From NCBI GenBank assembly GCA_964485485.1, contig CAZAJW010000234.1:1-60813 (forward strand): a DNA stretch of 60,813 bases, given 5' to 3'. The notes under the pieces are model-generated. The model was not told the origin of the DNA. It made no database searches and was given only the letters and a program-made list of their open reading frames with translations. The position numbers were made by a program, and so were the translations under genes. Source of the stretch: an uncultured Atribacterota bacterium. GTDB lineage: Bacteria > Atribacterota > Phoenicimicrobiia > Phoenicimicrobiales > Stramentimicrobiaceae. Shown here one piece after another: positions 1 through 9,315 of this stretch. Each line of letters begins with the position of its first letter. Position 1 is the first letter of the stretch.

Positions 1-151
1 TATCCTCAGAAACTTCCAAGACTTGGCCTCTTCTTTTTTCTCCGTCTGATAATTCTATTTCTACTAATTCATCATATTTAACATTTACAATTTTATTTAC
101 AATGATTAGAGGGCCATTTACTTCTGTAATAGTTGAATATTCTTTTATCAT
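1..151 (-). CDS. atpB: V-type ATP synthase subunit B, N-terminal fragment (gene continues left of the window)
   Basis: Hand translation of the minus strand from ATG at 151 gives [50 protein letters not shown]. This is the conserved N-terminus of V/A-type B subunits. It starts 2 nt after the subunit A stop and is cut by the window edge. Confidence 0.8.
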   Translation of the reverse strand, partial: MIKEYSTITEVNGPLIIVNKIVNVKYDELVEIELSDGEKRRGQVLEVSED

Positions 152-153
152 AA

Positions 154-1938
154 TTATTCATCCTTTCCTACTTTATCGGATGCGAGGGATTTAATTTCTC
201 TTTCTATTTCATTTTTTATTTTTTGGAATTCATCTAAATTATCTTCAGGTATAAATTTGGATCTTATAATCTTATTGCGTACTGACAATTGATTTAATTG
301 TTCATTAGAAATATCTTCTTCTGTAATAGCTTTTTTCGCTTTTTTGTGAAATAAAATAATTAACTCTAGCATTAAATACTGCTTTTTCATAGAAGTATAG
401 GTATCAATCTCGTCAAAAGCGTTTTGATGTAAGAAATCTTCTCTGATTGAACGAGCAGTGTCCAAAGTCAAACGTTCAATTTTAGATAATGCATCAATAC
501 CCACTAGCCGAACTGTTTCCTCTAATTCCGATTCTTCCTGGAGAATACTCATTGATACAATCCTGGTATTAATGAAATCTTTGTTGATTTCATCTTTAAA
601 AAAATTGCTTAATTGATCCAGATACAAAGAATAGCTCTTTAACCAATCGATTGCAGGAAAATGTCTTTTATAGGCTAATTTATCTTGCAAACTCCAGTAC
701 ACTTGAACAGTACGCAGAGTATTCTGGGTTACCGGTTCAGACAAATCTCCACCAGGTGGAGATACAGCCCCGATTACGCTAATGGTTGCTTCTTGTTTTT
801 TAGAGGATAAACATTTTACTCTACCTGATCTTTCATAGAAGCTAGCAATTTTTGTCCCTAGATATGCAGGATATCCCTCTTCGCCGGGCATTTCTTCCAA
901 TCTACCAGATATTTCTCGCATTGCCTCGGCCCATCTTGAGGTTGAGTCAGCCATTAGAGCAACATTATATCCCATATCTCGATAATATTCTGCGATTGTT
1001 ATTCCTGTATAGACAGATGCTTCCCTCGCAGCTACAGGCATATTAGAAGTATTAGCAATTAACACAGTTCTTTCCATTAATGGCTTTCCTGAATTTGGAT
1101 CAATTAATTCAGGAAATTCAAGTAAAACGTCTGTCATCTCATTACCTCTTTCCCCGCATCCAATAAAAACAATGATTTCTGCATTACACCATTTTGAAAG
1201 TTGATGCTGTACTACGGTTTTACCACTACCGAAAGGTCCGGGAATACAGGCTGTACCACCTTTTGCAATAGTAAAAAATGTGTCAATTACTCTTTGTCCT
1301 GTAATTAAAGGTTCGTTAGGAGGCATTTTTTCTTGATATGGCCGCATTTTTCTGACTGGCCATTTTTGTAACATTTGAACCTCATGAACCTTACCGGATT
1401 TATCTTTAATTTTAGCAATCGTGTCAGTAACCTTAAAACTTCCTTCGTTAATGCTTTCTATTGTTCCCTGAAGTCCAATGGGAACCATCACACGATGTTC
1501 TACAATGGAGGTTTCTTGAACCATTCCTAACCAGTCACCAGAACTAACTTCTTCACCCTTTTTTTTAGATGCTTTAAAGTCCCATTTTTTTGTTTTATTT
1601 AAACTTTCAGCTTCTACTCCTCTAGCGATAAAAGCACCTTCATTTTTAAATATTATATCTAAAGGTCTTTGAATTCCGTCATAAATTGATTTAATCAGAC
1701 CGGGTCCCAATTCCACACTTAGTGGTAAATCGGTAGTGTAAACAGGTTCCCCTGGTCCAATACCAGAAGTTTCTTCATAAACCTGAATAGTGGCTCTATC
1801 TTCGTTTAATTCGATTATCTCACCAATAAGTTTATTTTCACTAACTTTTACCACGTCATACATTTTGGCCCCTCTTAATCCATCTGCAATTACGACCGGT
1901 CCTGAAACCTTAACAATCTTGCCTGTGTTTTGTTGCAT
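154..1938 (-). CDS. atpA: V-type ATP synthase catalytic subunit A
   Basis: ORF 154..1989 has Walker A GPFGSGKT and V/A-type A-subunit similarity along its whole length. I set the start to ATG 1938 ([18 protein letters not shown]-like AGAGGGA upstream). The 17 extra codons of the long ORF overlap subunit F. Confidence 0.95.
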   Translation of the reverse strand: MQQNTGKIVKVSGPVVIADGLRGAKMYDVVKVSENKLIGEIIELNEDRATIQVYEETSGIGPGEPVYTTDLPLSVELGPGLIKSIYDGIQRPLDIIFKNEGAFIARGVEAESLNKTKKWDFKASKKKGEEVSSGDWLGMVQETSIVEHRVMVPIGLQGTIESINEGSFKVTDTIAKIKDKSGKVHEVQMLQKWPVRKMRPYQEKMPPNEPLITGQRVIDTFFTIAKGGTACIPGPFGSGKTVVQHQLSKWCNAEIIVFIGCGERGNEMTDVLLEFPELIDPNSGKPLMERTVLIANTSNMPVAAREASVYTGITIAEYYRDMGYNVALMADSTSRWAEAMREISGRLEEMPGEEGYPAYLGTKIASFYERSGRVKCLSSKKQEATISVIGAVSPPGGDLSEPVTQNTLRTVQVYWSLQDKLAYKRHFPAIDWLKSYSLYLDQLSNFFKDEINKDFINTRIVSMSILQEESELEETVRLVGIDALSKIERLTLDTARSIREDFLHQNAFDEIDTYTSMKKQYLMLELIILFHKKAKKAITEEDISNEQLNQLSVRNKIIRSKFIPEDNLDEFQKIKNEIEREIKSLASDKVGKDE

Positions 1939-1939
1939 A

Positions 1940-2263
1940 TTATCCCTCTTTTCTAAACAAAATATCTGTACCCACCGCTTTTTCAACATTTTTTCTTAAA
2001 ATGTCTAAACTAAGAGTAGTTTCTTTCGTACGATTAGGAAGTATACAAATAGTCATTGTTGATAGTTTTTGATATTCTTCAATTTTTTCAAATATTGTTT
2101 GAGCAATATCGTTAGTAATAAAAGTAATTGAATAATTATTTTTATCGCAATACTTTAATGCTTTTATCGCTCCTTCGGGATCAGTTACTGGAAATAATTG
2201 TAATCCAATTAAGTTAAAACCAATAATAACTTCTTTCTCTCCGATTAGCGCTATATTAGACAT
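1940..2263 (-). CDS. atpF: V-type ATP synthase subunit F
   Basis: 107 aa, MSNIALIGEKEVIIGFNLIGL..., with the size and N-terminal pattern typical of V-type F. It sits between C and A as in the H-I-K-E-C-F-A-B order. Confidence 0.8.
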   Translation of the reverse strand: MSNIALIGEKEVIIGFNLIGLQLFPVTDPEGAIKALKYCDKNNYSITFITNDIAQTIFEKIEEYQKLSTMTICILPNRTKETTLSLDILRKNVEKAVGTDILFRKEG

Positions 2264-3284
2264 AACTATTCCTTATATTTTTTCTAATGATATCTTTTGG
2301 CAATAAATATCTTTTGCCGTTTAATATCATTCGAATATTTTTTATATCATTTTCTTTAGCATAATAATATGCAATAACACTTTCCAATCCAAAAGAAGTG
2401 TACCTGCCAATTTTTAACAAATTTAATAAAAAATTGTCACTAAGGCGTTCAATTTCCAGCAAGGATTTGTTTTCCTGCCAATGTTTAATCCCCTCTTCCA
2501 CAAGGGAAGAATAGTCAGTTTTTTCAAAATAGTTTGGCCATGAATGGACAGAGTTTTCATAAATATCTATTATCTTTTGCGGAGAAAAGTTACCATATTT
2601 TATTAATATTTCAGATAAATTTGCTTTCTTAATATGTCTAACTTTACATCTGCAGGCAATCAAGATATTCAATAAATCAATTTCCGTTTTATAAAAATAG
2701 AATAAAAAAGGTTGATTGATATCTTCCAAATTATTAAATATTATTTCGTAATATGCATTATCTAAGGAAATTTCCATTAACTGTAAATCTTCGTATTTCA
2801 TATACAATTCCTCAGACTGTTTAATAAATCGTTCAATTAGAATAGGTACTGACTGATATTTTCCATCAAAAACGGCAGCCCTTAATATATCTTGACTTAT
2901 GTTTCCGATTTCATAGATTGGAGCTTTTTCCTTTTTGTCGAGGATTTTTGTCTTTAATAGAACCTTAAGGTTGTGAAAGTCATATTTCCAATTAAATAAC
3001 TTAAATAAATATGGATAAGGAGATATTTCTGCAATTAATTTAATAGTCTTTTTTAAAATATTTACTAAATGATTGTCAATTGCCACGGGTTCAGTATTTT
3101 CAAAAATATATTCATTAAGATTACTTTCTGAAAAAACTTTTATGGCATTTTCCAGGTCTTGCGATTCAATCAATTTATCCAATATTTCTTGATTCAGTAA
3201 ATTTTTTTCTAATTCTCTGACTCTGGCACATGCATAGCCATAATCTTCCTGTGTATTTGTGCTCTCGTTGATGTATTTAAGCAT
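2256..3284 (-). CDS. atpC: V-type ATP synthase subunit C (d-like)
   Basis: 342-aa helical protein between subunits E and F, overlapping both neighbours by 8 nt (translational coupling). The call rests mainly on size and operon position. Confidence 0.75.
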   Translation of the reverse strand: MLKYINESTNTQEDYGYACARVRELEKNLLNQEILDKLIESQDLENAIKVFSESNLNEYIFENTEPVAIDNHLVNILKKTIKLIAEISPYPYLFKLFNWKYDFHNLKVLLKTKILDKKEKAPIYEIGNISQDILRAAVFDGKYQSVPILIERFIKQSEELYMKYEDLQLMEISLDNAYYEIIFNNLEDINQPFLFYFYKTEIDLLNILIACRCKVRHIKKANLSEILIKYGNFSPQKIIDIYENSVHSWPNYFEKTDYSSLVEEGIKHWQENKSLLEIERLSDNFLLNLLKIGRYTSFGLESVIAYYYAKENDIKNIRMILNGKRYLLPKDIIRKNIRNSYV

Positions 3285-3894
3285 TCAAATCCTCATTCTT
3301 TTGAAATAAAAACTGATTTAATTTTGTTTCAATATCTTCCTTGATTTTTTCAAGAATGACCTCGATAGAAGCATTTTTCCTGATCTCATTTGTCCCGATA
3401 ATAATACCGCCCTTGATAGGCATTGTTTTTTTGGATAGTTTCAAGTTACCCTTTTTCCCTTTGGACTTTAATTTATTATTAATGTCGTTAATAAAATTCT
3501 GATTTATTTCTTTACGCTCATTATTTCCAACATAAAGGGTTTCTTCTCCATTTTCTACATTTTCAAGAATAAGTTTTTCCATAAAATCAGCATATTTTTT
3601 GTTATCTAAATTTTTAATCTTATTTTCAGCTTCCTTGAATATTTCTTCAATAATAGCTTGTTTTTCAGAAAGGACTTCTTTATTGGCTGCTAATCTGGCT
3701 TCTGTGATTATATTCTTTTCTTTTAGTTCTGCTTCTTGTTCATATCGTTCAATTATGTTGTTTTTTATGGAGTTAAGATCTTTCTGTCTGTCATCTCTGA
3801 TTTTCTTAATATTTTCATTGGCTTCTTTTATAATTCTATCCTTCTCATGCAGGGCATCTTCAAGAATTTTATCTTTAATATCTTTTATCGGCAT
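3277..3894 (-). CDS. atpE: V-type ATP synthase subunit E (peripheral stalk)
   Basis: 205 aa with a highly charged coiled-coil N-half (KDKILEDALHEKDRIIKEANENIKKIRDD...) and a globular C-terminus. It lies between K and C. Confidence 0.75.
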   Translation of the reverse strand: MPIKDIKDKILEDALHEKDRIIKEANENIKKIRDDRQKDLNSIKNNIIERYEQEAELKEKNIITEARLAANKEVLSEKQAIIEEIFKEAENKIKNLDNKKYADFMEKLILENVENGEETLYVGNNERKEINQNFINDINNKLKSKGKKGNLKLSKKTMPIKGGIIIGTNEIRKNASIEVILEKIKEDIETKLNQFLFQKNEDLNA

Positions 3895-3917
3895 TGGAAA
3901 AACTCCTATTATAATAA

Positions 3918-4394
<477 letters not shown>

Positions 4395-4435
4395 TCAAAT
4401 CCCCCTTTTCTATCTTTTTCTAAATTTATTTCATT

Positions 4436-4500
4436 AAATAGCGCACCCGCTTATTTAACCATCACCAGCTTCAAAGAAGGTGGTTTTGTTGTTAAATAAA
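4436..4500 (+). repeat. Mosaic intergenic repeat, minimal copy (A-stub fused to E hairpin)
   Basis: AAATAGCGCACCCGC is joined directly to TTATTTAACCATCACCAGCTTCAAAGAAGGTGGTTTTGTTGTTAAATAAA. The copy lies between the atpI stop (4521) and the atpK start (4391). Strand is the A->E reading direction. Confidence 0.8.
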
Positions 4501-4520
4501 CTCATCTAAAAAGATTTTTT

Positions 4521-6512
4521 TTATTGTATTTTTTCCTCTACTTTAGTATATATTGTCTTGAGATTAAACGGTTTAAAGGCAACTCCTCCAGCTTGATAAA
4601 ATTTTGTGAAAAATTCTACATATTGTAGTCTGGCATCATGAATAAAAGCGCTTAATCCACTAATTAATAAGTTAAAAACATGTCCAATAAACAATATGAT
4701 TAAAGTCAAAAATATTCCTATATAGGGCACATTAGCCATCGTGGCAAGCATATTAAACATGGTGGCAATTATACCTGTGGCTAAACCTAGTGCGAACAAT
4801 CTAGAATAGGAAAGAACATCACTGAAATATCCTGTAATATTATATAAAGATAGTATCCCGCTACCAATTCTCATTATAATATTCTTGTTTGTCCTTCCTT
4901 GGGTAAAGATGAGTGTAAGGACACCAATTATCAATAGAAACCATGCTATTTTACCAAAAATCGGGGCTAGCATTCCTTGCACTAAAAGCAAAATAATGCC
5001 TGTTAATAAAATTAACCATGATATTTGATCCATAAGCCCATCTATTAATCTATCTTTTTTTAGATTATCTAAGAATTTTAAAATAATTCCCATATAAACT
5101 TGTATGACCCCCAAAGAAAGACTAAAAATCAAAAGCGGAATAGGATTGTCTGTTGGGTCAAATAAGGAAACTTTCTGAACCAAGAAATATCTTATATTAT
5201 CAAATATAGGTGGCAAATAACTTAAAATATCTCCAAACCAGCTACCAACGACTATTCCTCCAAATATTCCGGCAATTCCGCAATAATAAAGCAATCTGAA
5301 GAACTTTCTAGCACTACCTTCCAAACCCAATTTATTAATGGCAAGATAGCATAAAATAGCCATAACAGCACCATAACCAACATCGGAGAGACAGAATCCA
5401 AAAAAGATAAAATAGAATATTGAAAGAATTGGAGTCGGATCCATCTCAAAATAATTTGGAAGACTATAAAGCTCAGTTATTACTTCAAAGGGCTTAACAA
5501 ATTTGTGATTGTCTAAAGAAACAGGAACCTGGTCATCTTTATTTGGTTCAGAAAAATAGGCTTCATAAGCCTTGAAATGTTCTTTTAATCTACTCTGTAG
5601 TCTAGAAATATCTTTTTCACGTATCCAACCTTTTATTACAAAGGATTGTTCACTTTTTTTCAGATATTCTGAAACCTCTTCTTTTTCTTTGTTAATCGAT
5701 AAGAAATCATAAATTTTGTAGATTGATTGATTATTTTTAAAAATATCTTTTAACTCTAATTCAATTTTTTTTCTTCTTTTGCTAATATCACTTAATTCTT
5801 TTGAAATTTCTTTTAATATTTGAATTGGAGATCCAGAAAAATTATAATTATATTTATAAATTTCAAAGTGGTATTTCTGAGCAATTCGCTGTATTTCCTC
5901 AATATTTTCTTTTACACTAATAACAATAATATTAGATTTGTTTTTTTCTTCTTTTATAGTTTGGATAACATTTAATTTACTATGTTGTTTTACTTCATTG
6001 AAAAAACTATCCAGATTGTTTTTAGCTATTGAACCCAAGAGATATCTGACATATTTTGACTGATTAATTGTGCTTAAATCAAGTTCTAACTCTTTCCAAT
6101 CCTTGAGTTCCAGTTCGATAGCCTTTAACTTATTTTCCTGTAGCTTAAGATTATTAAGCTCATTATCAAAATCTTTACATTGCTGATATAATTCGTTATA
6201 TTCCAATTGCTGTGATAATTCAACTAGCTTAGTATAATCTAATGTTTCTTTTGAAGAAAACAATGATTTTAATCCATTATTTTTTTCTTCTTGGTAATTA
6301 GAAAGAAGATCAATGCAAAATTTAACCTTGTTTAGTTCTGCGGATATATTAGCATCAAGATTCTCTTCAATATTTTCCCAATCATGAAATACAGTTTTTT
6401 TGCTGATATGTATAATTTCAACAGAACCTAATTTTTGCAATTCCTCTAGCAACTGTTCTTTTATTGATAAGTGTGCAAAAATATGGAATTTATTTACTTT
6501 AGATATTGCCAT
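4521..6512 (-). CDS. atpI: V-type ATP synthase subunit I (a-subunit, stator/ion channel)
   Basis: 663 aa with a cytoplasmic coiled-coil N-half and a multi-TM C-half. Its operon position is upstream of K. Confidence 0.85.
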   Translation of the reverse strand: MAISKVNKFHIFAHLSIKEQLLEELQKLGSVEIIHISKKTVFHDWENIEENLDANISAELNKVKFCIDLLSNYQEEKNNGLKSLFSSKETLDYTKLVELSQQLEYNELYQQCKDFDNELNNLKLQENKLKAIELELKDWKELELDLSTINQSKYVRYLLGSIAKNNLDSFFNEVKQHSKLNVIQTIKEEKNKSNIIVISVKENIEEIQRIAQKYHFEIYKYNYNFSGSPIQILKEISKELSDISKRRKKIELELKDIFKNNQSIYKIYDFLSINKEKEEVSEYLKKSEQSFVIKGWIREKDISRLQSRLKEHFKAYEAYFSEPNKDDQVPVSLDNHKFVKPFEVITELYSLPNYFEMDPTPILSIFYFIFFGFCLSDVGYGAVMAILCYLAINKLGLEGSARKFFRLLYYCGIAGIFGGIVVGSWFGDILSYLPPIFDNIRYFLVQKVSLFDPTDNPIPLLIFSLSLGVIQVYMGIILKFLDNLKKDRLIDGLMDQISWLILLTGIILLLVQGMLAPIFGKIAWFLLIIGVLTLIFTQGRTNKNIIMRIGSGILSLYNITGYFSDVLSYSRLFALGLATGIIATMFNMLATMANVPYIGIFLTLIILFIGHVFNLLISGLSAFIHDARLQYVEFFTKFYQAGGVAFKPFNLKTIYTKVEEKIQ

Positions 6513-6513
6513 T

Positions 6514-6825
6514 TTAATTCACCAAATTATCTAATATCATTTCAATTGCCTGATTGCATTTCTTTTTAAAATCATTTCTAAGTCTTTCTTTTTCATTTTT
6601 GCTATTTTCAAGAATTTCTTTTGCTTTTTGTTGAGCTTTTTTTGTTCGGTCTTCTATCATGTCCTGACCCTTTTGATTCCATTCCTTGATTGCATTGTTT
6701 TTAATCTTTTCTTGTTTATCCTTTTCCTCTTGAACCATTCTTTGGCCTTCTTTTTTTGCATCTTCAATCATTTTTACTGCTTCATGTTCAGTATCTTTTA
6801 ATTCTTTTATGATTTTTTTTAACAT
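6514..6825 (-). CDS. V-type ATP synthase small stalk subunit (G/H-like)
   Basis: 103-aa Lys/Glu-rich coiled-coil protein. It is the first gene of the operon and ends 1 nt before subunit I, matching the position of subunit H (archaeal) or G (Thermus). No catalytic motif is available to confirm it. Confidence 0.55.
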   Translation of the reverse strand: MLKKIIKELKDTEHEAVKMIEDAKKEGQRMVQEEKDKQEKIKNNAIKEWNQKGQDMIEDRTKKAQQKAKEILENSKNEKERLRNDFKKKCNQAIEMILDNLVN

Positions 6826-6886
6826 ATTAATCTACTCCCAAAAAGGACTAATTTAATAATTTATAAATACAGTATTATTATTCAAT

Positions 6887-6981
6887 AAATATCGCACCCG
6901 CAGAGCGGGTGGTTTCAAAGACCTCTGAAAGAGGTTTAATTTTTTACCACATTAGAAGGAGGTTGTTTATGGTTAAATAAA
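6887..6981 (+). repeat. Mosaic intergenic repeat, short copy (A + B + 3' half of E)
   Basis: It reads AAATATCG-CACCCG-cagag-CGGGTG-G, then ACCTC-tgaaa-GAGGT plus a T-run, then ..AGAAGGAGGTTGTTTATGGTTAAATAAA. Confidence 0.85.
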
Positions 6982-7210
6982 AAAAATATATTAAATAAAA
7001 CAATACACTTTAGAAAAAATATCATAAATAACTATTTAAGTCAATTTTACAATTGTATCAATAAAGATATTATTATTGAAATTTAAATACCTTGAATTTA
7101 GGTTAGTTCTAACCAATATTTAATGTTTGTCAATTATTAATATGAGCTATTATTCTTTTTAAAATAAAATCCATATAGGTATCTAAAATGTTTCTTTAAA
7201 CTAAAAAAGT

Positions 7211-7381
7211 AAATATCGCACCCGCAGAGTGAGTGGCTTTAATATTTCTTCAGCAATACAACTTCCAACTTAGGACTTCAGATAAAAAATGTATCTAGCT
7301 TATATTAATCTTTTTATGGTAAATCCATTTATTTAACTATTATTACCTTCTTAGAAGGTAGTTTTCCATGGGTTAAATAAA
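7211..7381 (+). repeat. Mosaic intergenic repeat (A + distal C + D + E)
   Basis: It begins AAATATCGCACCCGcagagTGAGTGG. Next comes ..AATATTTCTTCAGCAATACAACTTCCAACTTAGGACTTCAG..ATCTAGCTTA..TTTTTATGGTAA... It ends with the E hairpin TTATTTAACTATTATTACCTTCTTAGAAGGTAGTTTTCCATGGGTTAAATAAA. Confidence 0.88.
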
Positions 7382-7400
7382 ATAAATAAAATTATTTTAG

Positions 7401-8030
7401 TTAATCAGATTTTAATTGTTTTACAATGTCAAGATACATTTGTAACCTTTTTTTGGCACCTTCAATAATACCATATTTTTCTTCTTTTATTCTTTGTGTT
7501 AAATTATGCAACTTTACTTTGCTGACCCTATAGTCATACTTTTTTACAACTTTGGTGATTGCTAACTCAAGACCATACTTCAGTAAATCCATATTGGGGA
7601 TTGCATCAATAATTTGTCTTTTAATTGCTCTCTGTCCAGAAAGATAAGGCATTAAGAATTGGGGTAAATCCGTTAGTAATCTTCCCTGGGTAAAAATACC
7701 GAGAGTCATATCGGCAGTATTTTCTCTTATGGGGTTTATTAAAGCATAAACATGTTCATTATTTAATCCGATTAAATCAGCATCTAAGAACAACAATATA
7801 TCAGAGTCAGTTTTTTCAAATCCTCTTTTAATTGCCCCTCCCTTGCCAATATTTTCTTTCATCTGATAAACATCTACATTTAATCCACGTGCAATAGCTA
7901 CCGTATCGTCAGTTGAACCATCACTTACTACAATGATATCATTAATTTCGGGAACATTTTTTACTGTTTTGATTACATCTGCAATAGTAATTTCCTCATT
8001 GTAAGCAGGTATAATAACTGATATTTTCAT
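7401..8030 (-). CDS. Family 2 glycosyltransferase (GT-A fold, dolichol/polyprenol-phosphate glycosyltransferase-like)
   Basis: 209 aa with MKISVIIPAYNEE..., VVSDGSTDDT and LDADL (DxD) motifs. SD AGGTGA lies 4 nt upstream of the ATG. It is monocistronic and bracketed by repeat copies. Confidence 0.75.
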   Translation of the reverse strand: MKISVIIPAYNEEITIADVIKTVKNVPEINDIIVVSDGSTDDTVAIARGLNVDVYQMKENIGKGGAIKRGFEKTDSDILLFLDADLIGLNNEHVYALINPIRENTADMTLGIFTQGRLLTDLPQFLMPYLSGQRAIKRQIIDAIPNMDLLKYGLELAITKVVKKYDYRVSKVKLHNLTQRIKEEKYGIIEGAKKRLQMYLDIVKQLKSD

Positions 8031-8047
8031 CTATTCACCTTTTTTGG

Positions 8048-8178
8048 GAGTATTTTTTAGTTTTTTCTTTCGTTTTTTTATTTATTCTTTAGCTATAATA
8101 TTCCTTAAGCAATAGTACTTCCAACTTTGGACCTCAGGCAAAAAATTGTATCTAGCTTATCTCAATCTTTTTATGGAA
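8048..8178 (+). repeat. Mosaic intergenic repeat, partial (C + D only)
   Basis: ..TTTTTCTTTCGTTTTTTTATTTATTCTTTAGCTATAATATTCCTTAAGCAATAGTACTTCCAACTTTGGACCTCAGGCAAAAAATTGTATCTAGCTTATCTCAATCTTTTTATGGAAAA. It fills the spacer between the ispG stop and the GT2 start. Confidence 0.85.
8095..8124 (-). promoter_or_regulatory. Sigma-70/SigA-like promoter carried by repeat module C, positioned to drive the GT2 gene
   Basis: The minus strand reads TTGGAA (8124-8119), an 18-nt spacer, then TATTAT (8100-8095), about 60 nt upstream of the GT2 ATG at 8030. The same TTGGAA-17-TATTAT occurs in the 36605 copy (36739-36711) and TTGGAA-18-TATTAA in the 7211 copy. Confidence 0.4.
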
Positions 8179-8186
8179 AATTAAAG

Positions 8187-9281
8187 CTAATCAAGATGAA
8201 GATTATTAATATTATTTTTAGAAATATACCTAGCCTCTTCTATCAACTTAGTCACGGATTCTTCTTTGTTGTACCGGCCAATTAATTGACCTTTTTTATA
8301 AAGCATAGCTTCTTGGTTATTGAAGGCAATTCCGATATCGGCAGATTTCGCCTCACCGGGACCGTTTACAACACAACCCATAATTGCAATAGTAAGGGGC
8401 TGACGGATATCACATAAACTACTTTCTATTTGTTTACCAATATCATGAATGTTAACCTTACATCTTCCACAGGTAGGACATGAAATAATATTAATACCTC
8501 TTTTTCTGATTGCTAGTGAACGTAAAATATCATGTCCCACTAAAACTTCCTGAATAGGATTACCGGATAAAGACACTCTTATGGTATCACCAATTCCTTT
8601 AAACAATAATACACCAATTCCTATCGCAGATTTTGTAATACCCTTTCTATCAAAACCAGCTTCTGTGATACCAATATGCAAAGGATAGTCAGTTTTTTCA
8701 GCAATGATTTGATTTGCTTTGATGGTATCTATAACATCGCTAGATTTAATGGATAGAATAATGTTATTATAATTAATTTTTTGTAAAAAAGAAATCAAAC
8801 GATCTGTTTCTTCAACCATTGCTTTAAAATTTGGTTTATCGTACTTTTCCATAATGCTCTTGTCAAGTGAACCCGAATTTACCCCAAAACGAATCATAAT
8901 ATTCTTTTTCCGGGCTTCTTCGATGATATGAATTATTTGTGATTCTTTCTTTATATTACCCGGATTAATTCTTATACCCTCAACATTATTTTTTATTGCT
9001 TCTAAGGCTATATTGGAGTTAAAATGGATATCAGCCATAATAGGAATGTGGGTTTTTTCTTTGATAATTGGAATAAAACGACAAGAATCAATATCGGGAA
9101 TAGCAATCCGAACCAAATCACATCCAGCTGATTCTAATTGTTTAATTTGTTTGATAGTTGTGCTAGTATCTTTAATATTGCAATTGGTCATGGATTGTAC
9201 AGAAACAGGGTGCTTGCCACCAATTTTTAATCTACCAATTTGCACAATTTTACTTTTTCTTCTATTAATATTCTCAGACAT
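8187..9281 (-). CDS. ispG: 4-hydroxy-3-methylbut-2-en-1-yl diphosphate synthase (GcpE)
   Basis: 364 aa with a TIM-barrel N-domain and the Fe-S cysteine pattern CPTCGRC ... GCVVNGPGE. Confidence 0.93.
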   Translation of the reverse strand: MSENINRRKSKIVQIGRLKIGGKHPVSVQSMTNCNIKDTSTTIKQIKQLESAGCDLVRIAIPDIDSCRFIPIIKEKTHIPIMADIHFNSNIALEAIKNNVEGIRINPGNIKKESQIIHIIEEARKKNIMIRFGVNSGSLDKSIMEKYDKPNFKAMVEETDRLISFLQKINYNNIILSIKSSDVIDTIKANQIIAEKTDYPLHIGITEAGFDRKGITKSAIGIGVLLFKGIGDTIRVSLSGNPIQEVLVGHDILRSLAIRKRGINIISCPTCGRCKVNIHDIGKQIESSLCDIRQPLTIAIMGCVVNGPGEAKSADIGIAFNNQEAMLYKKGQLIGRYNKEESVTKLIEEARYISKNNINNLHLD

Positions 9282-9315
9282 TATTTAATCCTAATTATTA
9301 TTTTAATCCTAATTA

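Noticed and set aside
1939-1989. 17-codon N-terminal extension of atpA (MLKKRWVQIFCLEKRDN).
   Set aside because: It overlaps the 3' end of subunit F and is not part of conserved A-subunit sequence. ATG 1938 has a proper SD and sits 2 nt after the F stop.
4436-4500. Repeat ends resemble Xer/dif half-sites. GGTGCGCTATTT / GGTGCGATATTT resemble the E. coli dif XerC arm GGTGCGCATAA. ATGGTTAAAT resembles the XerD arm TTATGTTAAAT. ACTTCC in module C resembles the start of Bacillus dif. A xerC gene lies in the window.
   Set aside because: The similarities are partial (6-9 nt) and recalled from memory. The two half-site-like sequences are not arranged as inverted arms around a 6-bp spacer. The xerC here is the conserved codV-hslVU gene. 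This is worth a formal test but is not supportable from sequence alone.
5252-5449. Same-strand 65-aa ORF inside atpI. Similar same-strand or antisense internal ORFs occur at 10062-10247, 17030-17269, 26309-26503 and 38564-38803.
   Set aside because: They are out-of-frame ORFs embedded in conserved genes, with no independent signals.
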